NCBI GenBank assembly: GCA_965603825.1
Contig: CBFDEM010000008.1
Location: 187,371 to 251,370 of the forward strand
Reading direction: 5' to 3'
Origin: Blepharisma stoltei ATCC 30299
Taxonomy: Eukaryota; Protista; Ciliophora
Length of the DNA: 64,000 nt
Every line of letters begins with the position of its first letter. Within the stretch, counting starts at the first letter, position 1. This document shows positions 38,967 to 52,383 of the stretch, piece after piece. Both the position numbers and the translations under genes were made by a program. The notes under the pieces are model-generated. The model made no database searches. It had not been told where the DNA came from and worked only from the letters and a program-made list of their open reading frames with translations.

Positions 38967-41417
38967 TTAGTTTTTCTTATAAAATGCAAGGAAAAGTCTA
39001 CCCCAATCAGGATCCTTTTTACTTACTTCAGAGTCATCATACTTCTCCCATTCATTTTCATCATTCTTAGTAAATGCTATGAAATGGTATCCATAATAAC
39101 ATATTACTCCAAAAATTTGGTAACTATTATTTTCAAGATTCAGCATTTCTGGGATTTCTCCTAAAATCTGCCGATCAGATATATAAATTGTTAAAATTCT
39201 CGGCCATTCAATCCTTTCAGTTTTCATTACTATATCCTTCAATTTTCCACATTCCTCACAGCTTAATTGATTTTTCCCTGAAAAACTCTTCTGCTCTTTA
39301 ATATCATTTAAGAAAGCCTCTATATTATTTTGCCTATTTTTTGGTATTGCTATAAAATTTGTGCTGTCCTCACTTCATGATTTATGCTTAAAGCGAGAAT
39401 TACAAGTGAATGATTGATTTTTTACAATAGTGAAAAGACTTTTATTCTCAACCTTATTTGAAATAATAATAAATAATTCCTTTGCATCATTTGCAGATCT
39501 TCCGCTGTACTAAATAAAATTTACCATTGAGTATTCTCTTGAAATTAATTGCTTAAAGTTTTCGATAAGTGGGATTGTTTTATTTTTTCCATAGTTAGCA
39601 TTTATTGATAATATAACGGAATTTAAGCTCTGCAGTAAGTCATCGCCAGGAATGCTGTATAAATATTCAGCAAAATCAGCTGAGCTTGCTAATATTTGTA
39701 TAACTGAATTCATATAACAAGTATTTCCTATGTTTGGTAGGCCAGATTTGCTAAAACGCTGAGGTCTTAAGCTTTGAGTCTGTATGTGGGCGTTTAATAG
39801 TTGAGCTTCCCTTTCAGATCTCTCATTCTGAGCGTTTATATGATGGTTTTGTGGGAGTGTCCTTGTTTGGCTATAAAAATCTGGGTTGGATGTGATTTGA
39901 GGTTGATTTGATATAGCAAGAGTCTGACTGGGAATTCCAGATTTATATTTTTCTATTTCACTTTTAATACTTTTGATGTCTTCATTAACATAAAATTGCC
40001 AATTCTGTATATCCTTATTATAATTCTTTGATTTCTCAATTTCACCAAAAAGACTATCTAGCTTTTCATCAGATTTATTTTTTATTTTCTCAATATCTTT
40101 TAATTCTGATTTTATTTTTTCAATAGAAATTTGGTTTTCATTTTCAATACTTTTAATTTTTCTATTTAAATCCTCAAAAAATGAAGAATTTTCGGATAGA
40201 CCTTCGCTATTGGCTTTGCAGTTTTTTTGCAACTCATTTAATTCAGCTTTAATACCCTGAAGTTGCATATCGGTATATTCTTTGCAGGTATCAATAACAG
40301 AATTAGCTTTAGCCGATTAGATTTCCAATTCATCTAATTTGGAAATTATTTCACTATTATTTGCATTTACCGCTGATTTCATATAGTCCAATATCCTATC
40401 ACCTTTAAGTAATTCTTCTGTGCTGAGACTATTATTTTGTTTTTCTTCATTATCCTTGAAGCATTTTTCCAATTCTTTCACTTTATTTAAAAGCATTTCT
40501 TCTCAGTAATTAAAATTGTTTTCTAGCTTGTTCTGCATATCTATAATTTCTCCCTCACTTTTTGCTTCTATATTATTGGCTATTGAACCTATTTTCTCTT
40601 GGAATTGCACCAATAATTTCTCTATTATTTCTTTGGATTTAGATTCCAAATCCTTTTCTATTTTTTTAGCTAGTTTTTCTTCTAAATAAGTGAAATAATT
40701 TTCAATAGTGGTTGAATTTGATATTATTTGATTATAATTCTGTTTATTTTCTAATATTTTGGGATTAGTGTCAAGAATTTCATATTGATTACTGTAGTCG
40801 AAGTTTGACAAATTGCCTCCAAGAGAGTTGAGAGAAGGAGATAGTTCTCTTCCATAATCAGGGCTGTGCTCATAGCTAGGGTTTTGAACAGAAATTTGAT
40901 CGTTAACCAGAGGGTTTAAGTCCTTTCTTAAATAAACTAAAATTGCTGGGAAAGATGCATTTGAATATTTTGATACTCTAGGCTTATTTCCAGTACAATC
41001 ATACCAATCCTCGTTAACCTTGCACTTGACTTGAGATATATCGATGTGCAAAATTAGCGAGTATTGACTAATTAAATCTGAATTTTTAATTTCAGCTTTT
41101 GTAAAAACAACCAGAACTTCTTTCGGTGGTTTTTTTAAGTAGTATTTTAAATCATTACTTTCTATTGTATTACTAATAAAATTCATACAATTTTTGTTTC
41201 TCAAACAAATTTTTTTAAATATTTCTAGAGTATTTTTACATTCCTGGCAACTTGTATTATCCAATTGATTATCATAAATCCCATTTTTAAATGCATTTGC
41301 TATAATTTCATGCAACTCTCTGTCCATTAATAGGTCTTCTTGACCCAGATAAGCATGCATGTTGGCGTTAATGGTCGCTATCATCCAGCAGGCCTTCTTC
41401 AAATAAGAATTTCTCAT
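38967..41417 (-). pseudogene. USP-D: USP with intact triad but an in-frame TAA at 40317-40319; intron 39510-39524
   Basis: MRNSYLKKACWMIATIN N-domain, coiled coil, SGLPNIGNTCYMNS, YYGYHFIAF, WEKYDDSEV. The frame is continuous except for ELEI*SAKAN. Confidence 0.75.
39510..39524 (-). other. 15-nt intron GTAAATTTTATTTAG
   Basis: Removal gives YSM|YSGRSANDAKE in frame. Confidence 0.9.
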
Positions 41418-43071
41418 ATTTTTATTGCTTTCTACAAATTCAAGAAAGCCATGTTTATTTAAATCACTAAAAGCAGTTGCTAATGGTATTTAAGAGCAAT
41501 AAAACAGAAATTGGGCTATCAGGAGATGGCATAAAGTACTCAAAAGAAAATACAATAAATAAAAATAAATTTTGTTTAATAAGAGTCATGCTTTATCATC
41601 TTAAATTTTATAGATTAGTTAGCACAAATCTAGTAGATTTTTAGAATTATTCACAGAAAAAGTAGGTGAAAAATGCTTTTAATTCAAAAATAAGATTATT
41701 AAAAGAACTGAATAAAATATATTCTCCCCATGTATTTTACCCAAAAAAAGTTTTACTCAAATATACGCATAATTATCAAAGAGTTAAATACATAAAATAG
41801 GATTAACCTAGTTGAAAAAGTGCATCAATAAATAATTTTCTATTAATTAATAGCTTAATTTATTTAAAAAGCAGATCATACAAATAATTAAAATATAAAG
41901 AGAATAGAATAGGAAGAATTTAAAAACTGAGTAATCAAACTTTATCTGTCCTAATTTATATCAAATTTATTAAAGCTCTAATTCTCTAGTTTAATATTCA
42001 GCTTTTAAAACCCCTGATTTCATTTATTTATTATCCATTTTTAAACTATCAACAGCTCAATTCTACAATTTTGAACAGAAATTTTAGTATTTAATAATTA
42101 TTAAATACCTACCTGGACGATAATAATAGAAGATAAGGAAGGAAATGGACGCTTAGGTAAGTAGATAGCTTGTGAACTTATGATCGACTTCATGGAGAGC
42201 TTTTACAAATGTTTGAACGTCCAAATTCAACACCGACTGTAATTTTTAATAATAAGTATTTAAATTTAGATCAGGTGGACATAGTTTGCAAGAGCTGGTC
42301 TTTGGAAAAAAACCTTACAATTAAATTTCTTGAGAAGATGAAAGGATTAAAATTAAGCTAATTTGTTTTAAAATTATGAGTTTTAATATAAAATTAAAGC
42401 ATTTCGAAAATATGGCCTATCATTGAATTTTCATTAAATATTGGGGTTTGAAAGCAAATAAGAAAGTTAATATGCGTTCTCAAGTCGATTAACAGAATAA
42501 TTAATTATTTAAAAATGAATAGATTCACCACTTCAATTATTGGCAAAAATGCCGAAATTTAATCTCTCTAGATTTTTATAATATCCTAGATTCGAATTTG
42601 CTATGTAGACTTTCCTTGATCTAGCATATGACTAATAAAATCATATGGGAGTAATTTTCAATTAGTCTGAAGAAAAACTCTATCTCTTGAAGTTTCTTGC
42701 CACTGGGCTTTGTGCATATATTTTCTCCTAATTAATTATATTAAAAGCATCAAGCCCAGCTTCTGAAAATTGAATCCGCAGGAGTGCAGGGAATATAAGT
42801 AAAGCTGCTATAAGATCATATTAATATATGGATAATTAGATTTTTTGCATATAAATTTCAGCAAAATTAAACTTTCTCAAATATATATCTTGCATAAATC
42901 AACCTTTAGTTCGCGAAATCAAACTTTATACCTAATTTTACAACTGAAAAGTCCGTAATTTGCTCACCAACATTTGTAGGCACAGCAGAGAAATGGCTTT
43001 AAACAAACCTTTAGTATTTATAGATTAAATAAAGCACAATTAAGTGAAAAATGTATGCAACTGAAAGATAA

Positions 43072-44061
43072 TTATATAGAATTACCTAATTTTGAATAAA
43101 AAAGCATATAAGCATGATCATAGTCAGGAAGATCTTCTGTCACAAAAGCGTCGTTAAACTGATACCATTTTTCATCCTCACAAGTATAAGCAATATAGTG
43201 GCTGCATTGCTCAGCTTTATAATAGCATATTACAGCATATAATTTATAGTCACTTTCCTGGAAATTTATTTCTGTCTCAGGCTTTCTATTCTTACTCGAT
43301 GTATCAGTTACATAAAATACCAAAATTTTTGGCATTTCGAAAGAATCTACCTTGACTGTAAAGCTGTTTATTTCCTGGCAAACTTCACATTGTAAATTTA
43401 ATTGATCTTCCTTGCTTTTTATGTTTTCTAAACATCTTTTTGCATTTAATTTATTGTTTGGAGGCATAATAAAAAATAATGATTTATCTGGTATTATATT
43501 TTTATGGCCTTTCTGGCATGTAAAAGTTTGGTTTTTTGTGATCTGGAATCTTTTTTCCTCATGACTGAATTCTTGTATATATTTATCTATTAAAATATTA
43601 TAAAGCTCTTTACAGTCATTCTGTGCATAAAGTTCATACTAAATATTGTTTACCATAGGAAATTCTTTATTAAATGTATTTAAAAATTGTATAATTCTTG
43701 GTTTAAAACTGCTTGATGAGGTACGGGTAAACATAAGATCAAAAATTTTTGATAAATTTATGAATAAAATGGCTTTAGATTTTGATATGAAATCTACAAA
43801 ACTTGGAGTGCTCGAAAGAACTTGGATCACAGAATTTAAATAGCAGGTATTTCCATAGTTAGGAATTCCGCTCTTCCTAGAGGATTGATTTACAAAAGCC
43901 CATTTTTCTAGTTCTTGATAATCTCTAGAGCCCATTAGCTTTTTGTTTTGCTTATTTTTACGCTTTTCCCATCATGCTGCTAGTTTTGGTCTCAAAATAA
44001 AAGCGCATATTCCAACTATAGTAGAGCCTATAGCAAAATACTTAAAATAACTATAGCTCAT
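43072..44061 (-). CDS. USP-E: intact minimal USP with N-terminal signal anchor, 324 aa; intron 43639-43653
   Basis: ATG 44061 gives MSYSYFKYFAIGSTIVGICAFILRPKLAAW(TGA)WEKRKNK. Motifs: GIPNYGNTCYLNS, AQNDCKE, CSHYIAY, WYQFNDAFV, AYMLFY. Confidence 0.87.
43639..43653 (-). other. 15-nt intron GTAAACAATATTTAG
   Basis: Removal gives FPM|YELYAQNDCKE. Confidence 0.9.
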
Positions 44062-44384
44062 TTATTTTTTATAGAATTTTAGCTCAAATTAAATATTAAA
44101 TATAAACTCAAGAAGCAGACATATTTTCGCTTTAGGATTTTTAGAGTCCAAATTTAATAAATTAACTCAGATTTTTTATATTATATTATAATATTCAACA
44201 TATTAATATATAAAAGAAATTATTAATTCAAATTATGAGAAATTAGATTTACTTGATGAGATAAATGATTATGACATCAGAAATTCCAGCACTAAGAGAA
44301 GCTGCAGTAGCAAGCAACTCAATATTATATTTTAATTGCATGTGCATTTATATAATAAAAAAACTTTAAGATGAGACTTGTTTC

Positions 44385-44590
44385 GGAAGCCTCTAAAGAG
44401 CTATTTATTATCGCCATAAATTTATTTATGGAAAATTACCAAAATGATATGTTTATAATAAGCAAAAAGCAAGCAAAAAGCAAGCAATAATTTGTGAAAA
44501 TGGAAACAGGGTATAATTATCTGAATCTATCTTATTTTTAACTATTCAAGATAATAAAATATATAGAATGGCTAAATCAGCGTGTGGAAA
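44385..44590 (+). pseudogene. USP exon-2 relic (F/G subfamily)
   Basis: SKELFIIAINLFMENYQNDMFIISKKQA matches USP-F SKELYVIIINLFMELCQSEMFLINKNQA, and is then disrupted. Confidence 0.6.
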
Positions 44591-45026
44591 TAATAATTGC
44601 ATTGGGAAAATGGGACATTATCAGATTCAAAGATAGAGTATCTTGCGTGTTTTTTCCTCTATATACTTCAAGGTAAATTTTGCCTAAAAGGTGATAAAAC
44701 CAGCTAATGATTGATAATTCTGTAAATATTGTCATAATTAGTCCATTACTTAAATCTATTTTTATTATGATATAGATATAATCGAAATATAGACATTCAA
44801 ATAATAAATATTTGTTAAAGATTCGCTTTAATGCATATGTGGAATATTTTTTTATTATTTTGATATTTAATCTAAGTTCTATATTCTTTATTATAGATAT
44901 TAAACCTTAAATGCAAGAAGCTAATTTTATTCACAATCTGATAAGCTATGATTAGATAAAATCTTATGCTTTCAGATCCCAGGCATTGAATAATTAAAAT
45001 GTCTAATATAATTCTATAAATTTATT

Positions 45027-47072
45027 ATGTCAGAAGATCTTAAAAAAGCAGCTTATATTCTTGCAACACTTAGTCAACATATAGAATTTCCTTTCAAAAA
45101 TCAATGATTAAGCAAAATTTTTCAAAATGCATTTACCTCAGGCATTGATGATGAAAGCCTTAGAGTACTTAAAACATGAATAAAATCAAAATGAAGTGGC
45201 ACATTCCCTTATGTAAAAGAAATTATTAAGTACCAGGAATGAGAAGATATTTTTGCTTGGCCGAACGAATTGCTGCAACCATTTCAAGTAGCTGACATAC
45301 CTAAAAAAATTGAAAAAGTTGGATTTTTTTTGTGCTGCACTAATAATAATTACATAGAGGAAATAGAAGGCTATATTTTAGTTGTAAAACTTTTTCTACC
45401 TGAAGGGATTTTAAAATGTAAATACGGAGAAGAATGAAAGGATTGCTCATCTCAGGAAACTGGCATAAACGATAAGCCTAAAATTTCTAATGCAATTTTT
45501 GGCTTTGTCAAAAACTGAGAAGAGCCTCCCAAAAATGAAATAGAAAAGGCTGAAGATCAAGGAACAAGAACAGAAAAAATTAAAGATAACCCTCAATACG
45601 TTATAGAAAACGATACTAAAAATATAAATGCTGACCAAATAAATGAAAAATTCAAACAAATAGAAGAAGAATTATCTAAATGCAAACAAATCAATGAATG
45701 TCTTAAAGCTGAGCTAACAGACGTAAAAATAGAAAATAAAAAAGCATCCAATGATATAAGTGAAGTAAAAGCAATGATAGAGAACATGAGAAGTTCTTTA
45801 AATGAAAAAATAGATGAGACTAGCATAGATATAAAAAAAAGTTTAAATTATTTAAAAGAAGGACTAGATAAAGGTCAATTATTTATGGAAAATGTCCTTG
45901 AAAATTGCCAAAGTAATTTAAATCAACTTAAGTCTTACAAAAACCTCTCCACTAGCTCAAAAAGTGTACCATTAAAGAAAAATCAGGATTTTTCTTTTCC
46001 TTTTAATGCTGTTTCTGATTATTTTCAATGCATCAATAAAACTGCTCAAGATTGCATTCAAAAATACAATGAACTGGAAATTAAATACAATTCATTAATA
46101 GATATAAGCAATAATATGATGATTGAGACTAATAAGATGCACTCAGCATTAGAGGCGAAAATTAATGAAATTGAAGAAAAGACCCAAAAAATTTCAATAC
46201 CAAATGGAAATGAATTAATTTCAAGCACGAAAAATGCTCTTGACTCAAAAACTATAAATAAAGACAATCCAAAGAGGAAAAAAAGGGGGCTAGCCAACAT
46301 AGGAAACAGTTGCTATATGAATTCAGTTTTACAGATCTTTGCAAGTATTCCAAGTTTCATCGAAAATATAAAAAACATTGAAAATGACTTATTTTATTGT
46401 TTAGGTGGCATAATATCGTCGATAACAGATCCCTATTCTATAAAAACAGACGAAAAATTAAGAAAACTAAGAAACTTGCTGGCTAAAAAATATCCTATGG
46501 TAATTTATATTTAGTTTGGTGGAAATACAGAAAATGATAGCAAAGAATTATATGTTATCATAATAAATTTATTTATGGAACTTTGCCAAAGTGAAATGTT
46601 TTTAATTAACAAAAACCAAGCGATAATTTTTGAAAGTAACCACAGGTTAAAATTGCCTGAACATCAGCTATTTTTAACTATACCTGATAATGAATTGTCA
46701 ATTGAAGAATGGCTTAATCAGCTTAAAAATGAAAATAAATTATTTAGTGGAGATAATAATCTATTCTGTGAAACTTGTGGGCAGAGATCTGATTCAGAGA
46801 TGGTGACAGAAAGCATTGAGCCTCATGAAATTTTAGCATTTTATAATGCTAAAAGTAAAAACCCGATTGAAAATATTCCTGATGTTGTATCCTTAGGGAA
46901 AAATCATTATGAAATATTTGGAATAATTTGGTACAATAGAAGCCACTACATAGCTTATACAAGAGAAGAGGGAATTTGAAATGAGTATAATGATAACTAT
47001 GTCACAACAGATAAGCATCCAAATCCAAAAAATATCTATATGCTTTTTTATAAAAAAGTTATAATTAATTAG
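45027..47072 (+). CDS. USP-F: intact USP, N-domain + coiled coil + USP; intron 46500-46514
   Basis: ATG 45027 (MSEDLKKAAYILATLSQ) is open with TGA=Trp. Motifs: GLANIGNSCYMNS, RSHYIAY, IW(TGA)NEYND, YMLFYKK. Stop is TAG 47070-47072. Confidence 0.87.
46500..46514 (+). other. 15-nt intron GTAATTTATATTTAG
   Basis: Removal gives YPM|FGGNTENDSKE. Confidence 0.9.
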
Positions 47073-47939
47073 TTTTTATCAAATTTTGAGTTTAGTTGTT
47101 TAATTTTAAATTTAATTTGCTTCCTTGCATGTGTAGACAGCTGAAGTAATTACAGCTAACTCTTTCTGCTTCCGAACACTTTTATAGCGTACCCATCTAA
47201 TCCAGTTGCTATGTTCTTTAACAGACTGACTCTTTAGTCTCTAGAATTTCAATTTTGGCCGAAATATATTTTTAGCAGAAACAATAAAAGGAGCAGGGAT
47301 TTCTTCTTATTGTCAAAGCTCTGTATTTAAGTCAAATCAAGCTTAGCCTTTCATTTCCTAGCTATAAAGTAATTTTATTATAATTAAATACAATTCCAAC
47401 TTTATCTTGTAAATTTTTATCGATATCTATATAAAATATTTATTTTGATAAATATTGAACTTTTAAATAATATAAATCGAAACGATGTTATTTAAAATAC
47501 AAGAGAGAATGCTTATTGAGATTTTAATAAATAAATCTCGTTTGCTCATCTATAATTTCTAGTTATAACTGTGAAGCAAGCTTAAAAGTTGATTTTATTT
47601 CTATAATTAAAATAAAAAATCATAAAAAGCTATTTTTGGAATAATCTTTTTAACTCATTGTTAAGATCTTTCTTAAACAAAATCTATACCCCAAAATCAA
47701 AAATTGCCATAATTGCACCAACTTACAATTATTATGTAAACTAATTTGATATAAAAGCAATCCTATGCCAAAATTTTTAAATAAATTTTATCATCTGAGA
47801 TGAATTATGCATAGCATTGCTCTAGAAGTTGAAAATCAGCATTCTGATAATTTTTTCTAATGATTTAATATTAAAGCTAAATTCTTTATTCTTTGATATA
47901 GATATTATAAAATGTCTAATATAATTCTATAAATTTATT

Positions 47940-49945
47940 ATGTCAGAAGAGCTTATAAATACAGTTTATATTCTTGCAACAATCAGTCAGCATATAGAAT
48001 TTCCTTTCCGAAATTCATGATTAAGCAAAATTTTTCAAAATGCTTTTACCTCAGGCATTGATAAAGAAAGCCTTAGAGAACTTGGATATTTAACAGGAAG
48101 AAGCTTAAGCGGCACCTTCCATTATGTAAGAGAAATTATTAGATTTCAGAAATGTGAAGATATTTTTGCTTGGCCAAACAAATTGTTGCATCCATTTCAA
48201 GTGTCTGACATACCTAAAAATATTGAAAAAGCTGCATTTTTTATTACTTGCACTAATAAGGATTATATAGAGGAAATAGAAGGCTACATTTTAGTTGTAA
48301 AACTTTTTCAACCTGAAGGAATTTTAGAATGTAAACACGGAGAAGAATGGAAGAGTTGCTCATCCCAGAAAATGGGTAATTATAAGCCTAAAAACTTTTC
48401 TGTGATTTTGGGCTTTGTAAAAAATTGAGAAGATATCAAAATTGAAGAAAAGACAGTAGAAGAAAATAAAGATAATGAGGCAAAAACAAAAAATGTTGAA
48501 AAAAGCCCACAAGATTTTGAAGAAAATACTACTAAAAATATAAATGCGGACCAAATAAATGAAAAACTCAGACAAATGGAAGAAGAATTATCTAAATCTA
48601 AACTAAGCAATGAATGTCTCCAAGCCGAGCTAATGAGAGAAAAATTAAAAAATAAAAATACAAGCAGCAACATGCATCGGGTAAAAGTAATGATTGAAAA
48701 TATGAGCAAAAAAATTTATAATACTAGGATAGATTTAGAAAAAAAATTAATATATTTAAAAGAAAGAGCAGAAGAAAGCCAATTATGTATCAAAAATATC
48801 CTAGATAATTGCCAAAGTAAATTTAATCAGCTTCAATCTTTCGTAGATGACTCCGCTGGCTCAAAAAATGAGCTAGACAATAAAAAACCCGATTTTTCTA
48901 TAGCTTTTAATGCTATTTCTGATTATTTTCAATGCAGCAATAAAACTGCTCAAGATTGTCTTCAAAAATTTAAAGAGTTGGGAAATGAATGCTATTCATT
49001 AAAAGAGAAGTGCAATGAGATAATAAATGAGATTGATAGCAAACCCTCATCATTAATAGCAAAAAATAATGAAAGAGAAGAAAAAACCAAAAAAATATTC
49101 AGAAGTGAGAATTCTTCTGTATCAAGATTTTCACATTTCCCGGCTCTCAAAAGGAAAAAATATGGATTGGTCAATATAGGAAATAGTTGCCATCTGAATT
49201 CAGTTTTGCAGATTTTTGCAAGTATTCCAAATTTTATAGAAAAAATAAGAAACATTGAGAATAACTTATTTTATTCCTTAGGTGAAGTACTATCGTCGAT
49301 AACAGATCCCTATCCTTTTTTAAATCTGGAAAATTAAGAAAACTAAGAGACTTGCTTGCTAGAGAAGATCCTATGGTAAATTATATTTAGTTTGGCGGAA
49401 GCACTTATAATGACTGCAAAAAATTATATGTTATTATCGTAAATTTATTTATGGAACTTACCAAAAATAGCATGTTTTTAATAAACAAAAATGAAGCTGT
49501 AGTTTGTGAAAATAACCACAGGAAAGAATTATCTGAGCCTCAAGTGTTTTTAACTATACCTGATAATGAATTAGGCATCAAAGATTGATTAAATCAGCTC
49601 GAAAATGACCAAAAATTATATAAAGGAGATGATAATTTATTTTGTGAAGATTGTGGGCATAGATCTGATTCAGATATCGTGACAAAAAGCATTAAAGCTC
49701 ACGAAATTTTAGCTTTATGTAATGCCAAAAGTAAAAACTCGATTGGAAATATTCCTAATCGTGTTTCCTTAGGCCAAAGTCAGTATGAAATATTTGGAAT
49801 AATTTCATACAGCGAAAAACACTACATAGCTTATACAAGAGAAGAGGGAATTTGAAATGAGTATAATGATCAGGAAGTCAGAGAAAACAAGTCTCCAAAC
49901 CCCAAAACTAGCTATATGCTGTTTTATAGAAAAACTTACCATTAA
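47940..49945 (+). pseudogene. USP-G: tandem duplicate of USP-F, triad intact, 1-nt deletion at 49330-49333; intron 49376-49390
   Basis: GLVNIGNSCHLNS, EKHYIAY, WNEYND. It has gaaaattaaga where USP-F has gaaaaattaaga. Intron is GTAAATTATATTTAG. Confidence 0.78.
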
Positions 49946-50262
49946 TTAGCTTTTTATTTATCAATTTTTTGGAATAAATTATCATTATTTAATTTAAATT
50001 ATTATTTAGTGTAAGCAAAATTGATAGTAAATAATTTTTTATCGTCAAAATCAATAATTATTATGATTTACAATTCACTGTAAAAAGTCATTTTTGAAGA
50101 ATCCTAACAGCTAAACTTTTTAATTTTGGCTACTTGCAGAAATTGTGTATCCTCACAGGTCTTCCTGGCCTGGCTCATTAAAGATTCATTAGAATCTTAT
50201 AGCTAAAATAGTCTAAAAATGTTTTTACATGCATTTTTTATAGAATCAAAAATATAAATAAA

Positions 50263-52261
50263 ATGTCAGACGCTGCCTTATGAAATTTAAAAGCTACTCT
50301 ATTAATAGTGAGCTCTTTGACAAGATATGTAGACCTTAGGTTTCCTTATTTATTATGGCCATTTGTAGATCAAGTCTTAAATAATTTAGAGGAAGGTCTT
50401 GAACAATATAAAAATTTCTTAAATCCTTTATCCAGGAATCTTGAAGAAATTTTAGCTTGAAACAGATGAGCCATCTCTTGCAAAAATATAGATTTATTAA
50501 ATTTAAAGATACAAGAGAGACTTCCTTGTGGAGAGATATTAATAATAAAAAGTTATTCTCAAAATGTTTCAGCTGTAGTCAAAGAAGCTCAATATACGTA
50601 TTTTCTTGTATCTGCTCTTTCATGCAATGGCAACATTGTATATATTTGAAAAGATGGAGCTTGGAAACGAGAAAGCTCTGACTCTTCTTATTCTAATAGT
50701 TTTTATGAGCTTTACTATTTTTACTATTGCAAAATTACTCCAAAATCTATTTCTAAATTATTGCGATTGGACGATGTTTGCAATACAAATGATAACTTAT
50801 TTCAAGTAATGATAAAAATATGAAATTTTACTAAAGAAAGCAAAAATATATTTGATTTTGATGAAGAAATAGAGGCTAGAATGAAATATAGCGGAATAAT
50901 CGAAAAAATTAATAAAGAAAAAGAGGATGCTCAAGCAGAAATAGCAAGATTAGAATCAAATAACAAAAATTTAGAATCAGATATTAAAAAATATAAAGAA
51001 TATATAGAGGAATATATAGAGGAATATCAAAGAAATGAAAACAATTTAAAAAATTTGAATTACTCTTGGGAAGAAAAGTGCAAATCGCTTGATAATGAGC
51101 ATCAAAAGCTCACGAAAATGACTAAAGAAAAAGAAGAGAGCAGCAATGAAGCTATCAAGCTACTTAATCAAAAAATTATTGATTTGCAAAATGAAAAAAA
51201 TATTTTAGAAGCTGAAAATTTTTATCTTAAAAATTCTCTTTCAGAAAAAGAAAATCTCCTACAAAAAGCATCAGATGAGCACCACAAAATCTCTGAAAAA
51301 TATAATATTTTGCAAGAAAAATGCAAAAATCTTAAAGAAAAACTAAATAAAGCCAATTATTCACAAATACTCTACAACCCAGAAAATGAAATTGTTCAAT
51401 TACCTCCAAACACAAAGCACGGGCTGCCTAACCTTGGAAATACCTGCTATTTAAATTCTCTTCTGCAGATTTTTGCAAGTACTCCTCTTTTTGTAAGTAA
51501 AATTGCCTCTATTGATTCTCCTTTTTGTAATTCTTTGTCATCTCTTTTATCTAATATGCATATTGAAAACAGCTCTAAGACAATCAGCAATTTAACTAGA
51601 AATTTCTCAAAAACATCTAATGGAGGCTTATTCAAATGTAAAAATTATTTAGATTAAGGAGTACACTCAGCAAGATGTGAAAGAAGTGTTTAACATGATT
51701 TTAAGCAAAATTGAAGAGGAAGGGGGAAGCTTTAATATTTTTTCAATTGTTTTTCATCAGGTTTTCAGCTGCTTGAATCTGCATAAGTCAACTTATGATG
51801 ATACCCAAACGTTTTTGATCATTCCTCCTCAGCATAAAAATGCACAAGACAATTATCTTAGAAATCAAAGCTACTATTATAGATCAACACAGTCATTATT
51901 TTGTAATGACTGCAATAGAAAAATTGATATGAGCATAGAGCTGAAAGGTGTCGATTGGCCAGAATATCTGGTGCTTTATTTCCCAACACCTCCAAATAAT
52001 ATTGTAGAATCCCTCTGAATTAATAATGAGAATAGCTATGAAATTTATGGAGTTATTTGTTATTATCAAAATGAAGGAAGTTTTCATTATACAGCGTTTA
52101 CAAAAGACGGAAATATATGGAATGAGTATAATGATAAATATGTTGGGACAAAAGCAATAGACCCTCATTTTGTAAATTTGGCATTTTATTCCAAAAAAGT
52201 AGTGCTGAGCCAAAATATGATAGCTGAAAAGCCCTATCAGTCGCATTTTTATAATTCTTAA
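50263..52261 (+). pseudogene. USP-H: triad intact, 1-nt insertion at 51609-51613; intron 51638-51652
   Basis: ATG 50263 (MSDAALWNLKAT) is open to the USP domain: HGLPNLGNTCYLNS, QQDVKE, SFHYTAF, WNEYND. Intron is GTAAAAATTATTTAG. It has an extra A relative to USP-I. Confidence 0.78.
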
Positions 52262-52383
52262 AATAAATATTCGCTATAAGGATTATTATAATTTATTCAA
52301 TCTAAACTTCAATATTTTAATTAATGCTAAAACACTTTTAATTTATTAAATTGTTATTTGTAGAATCCTAATAATATACCAAA

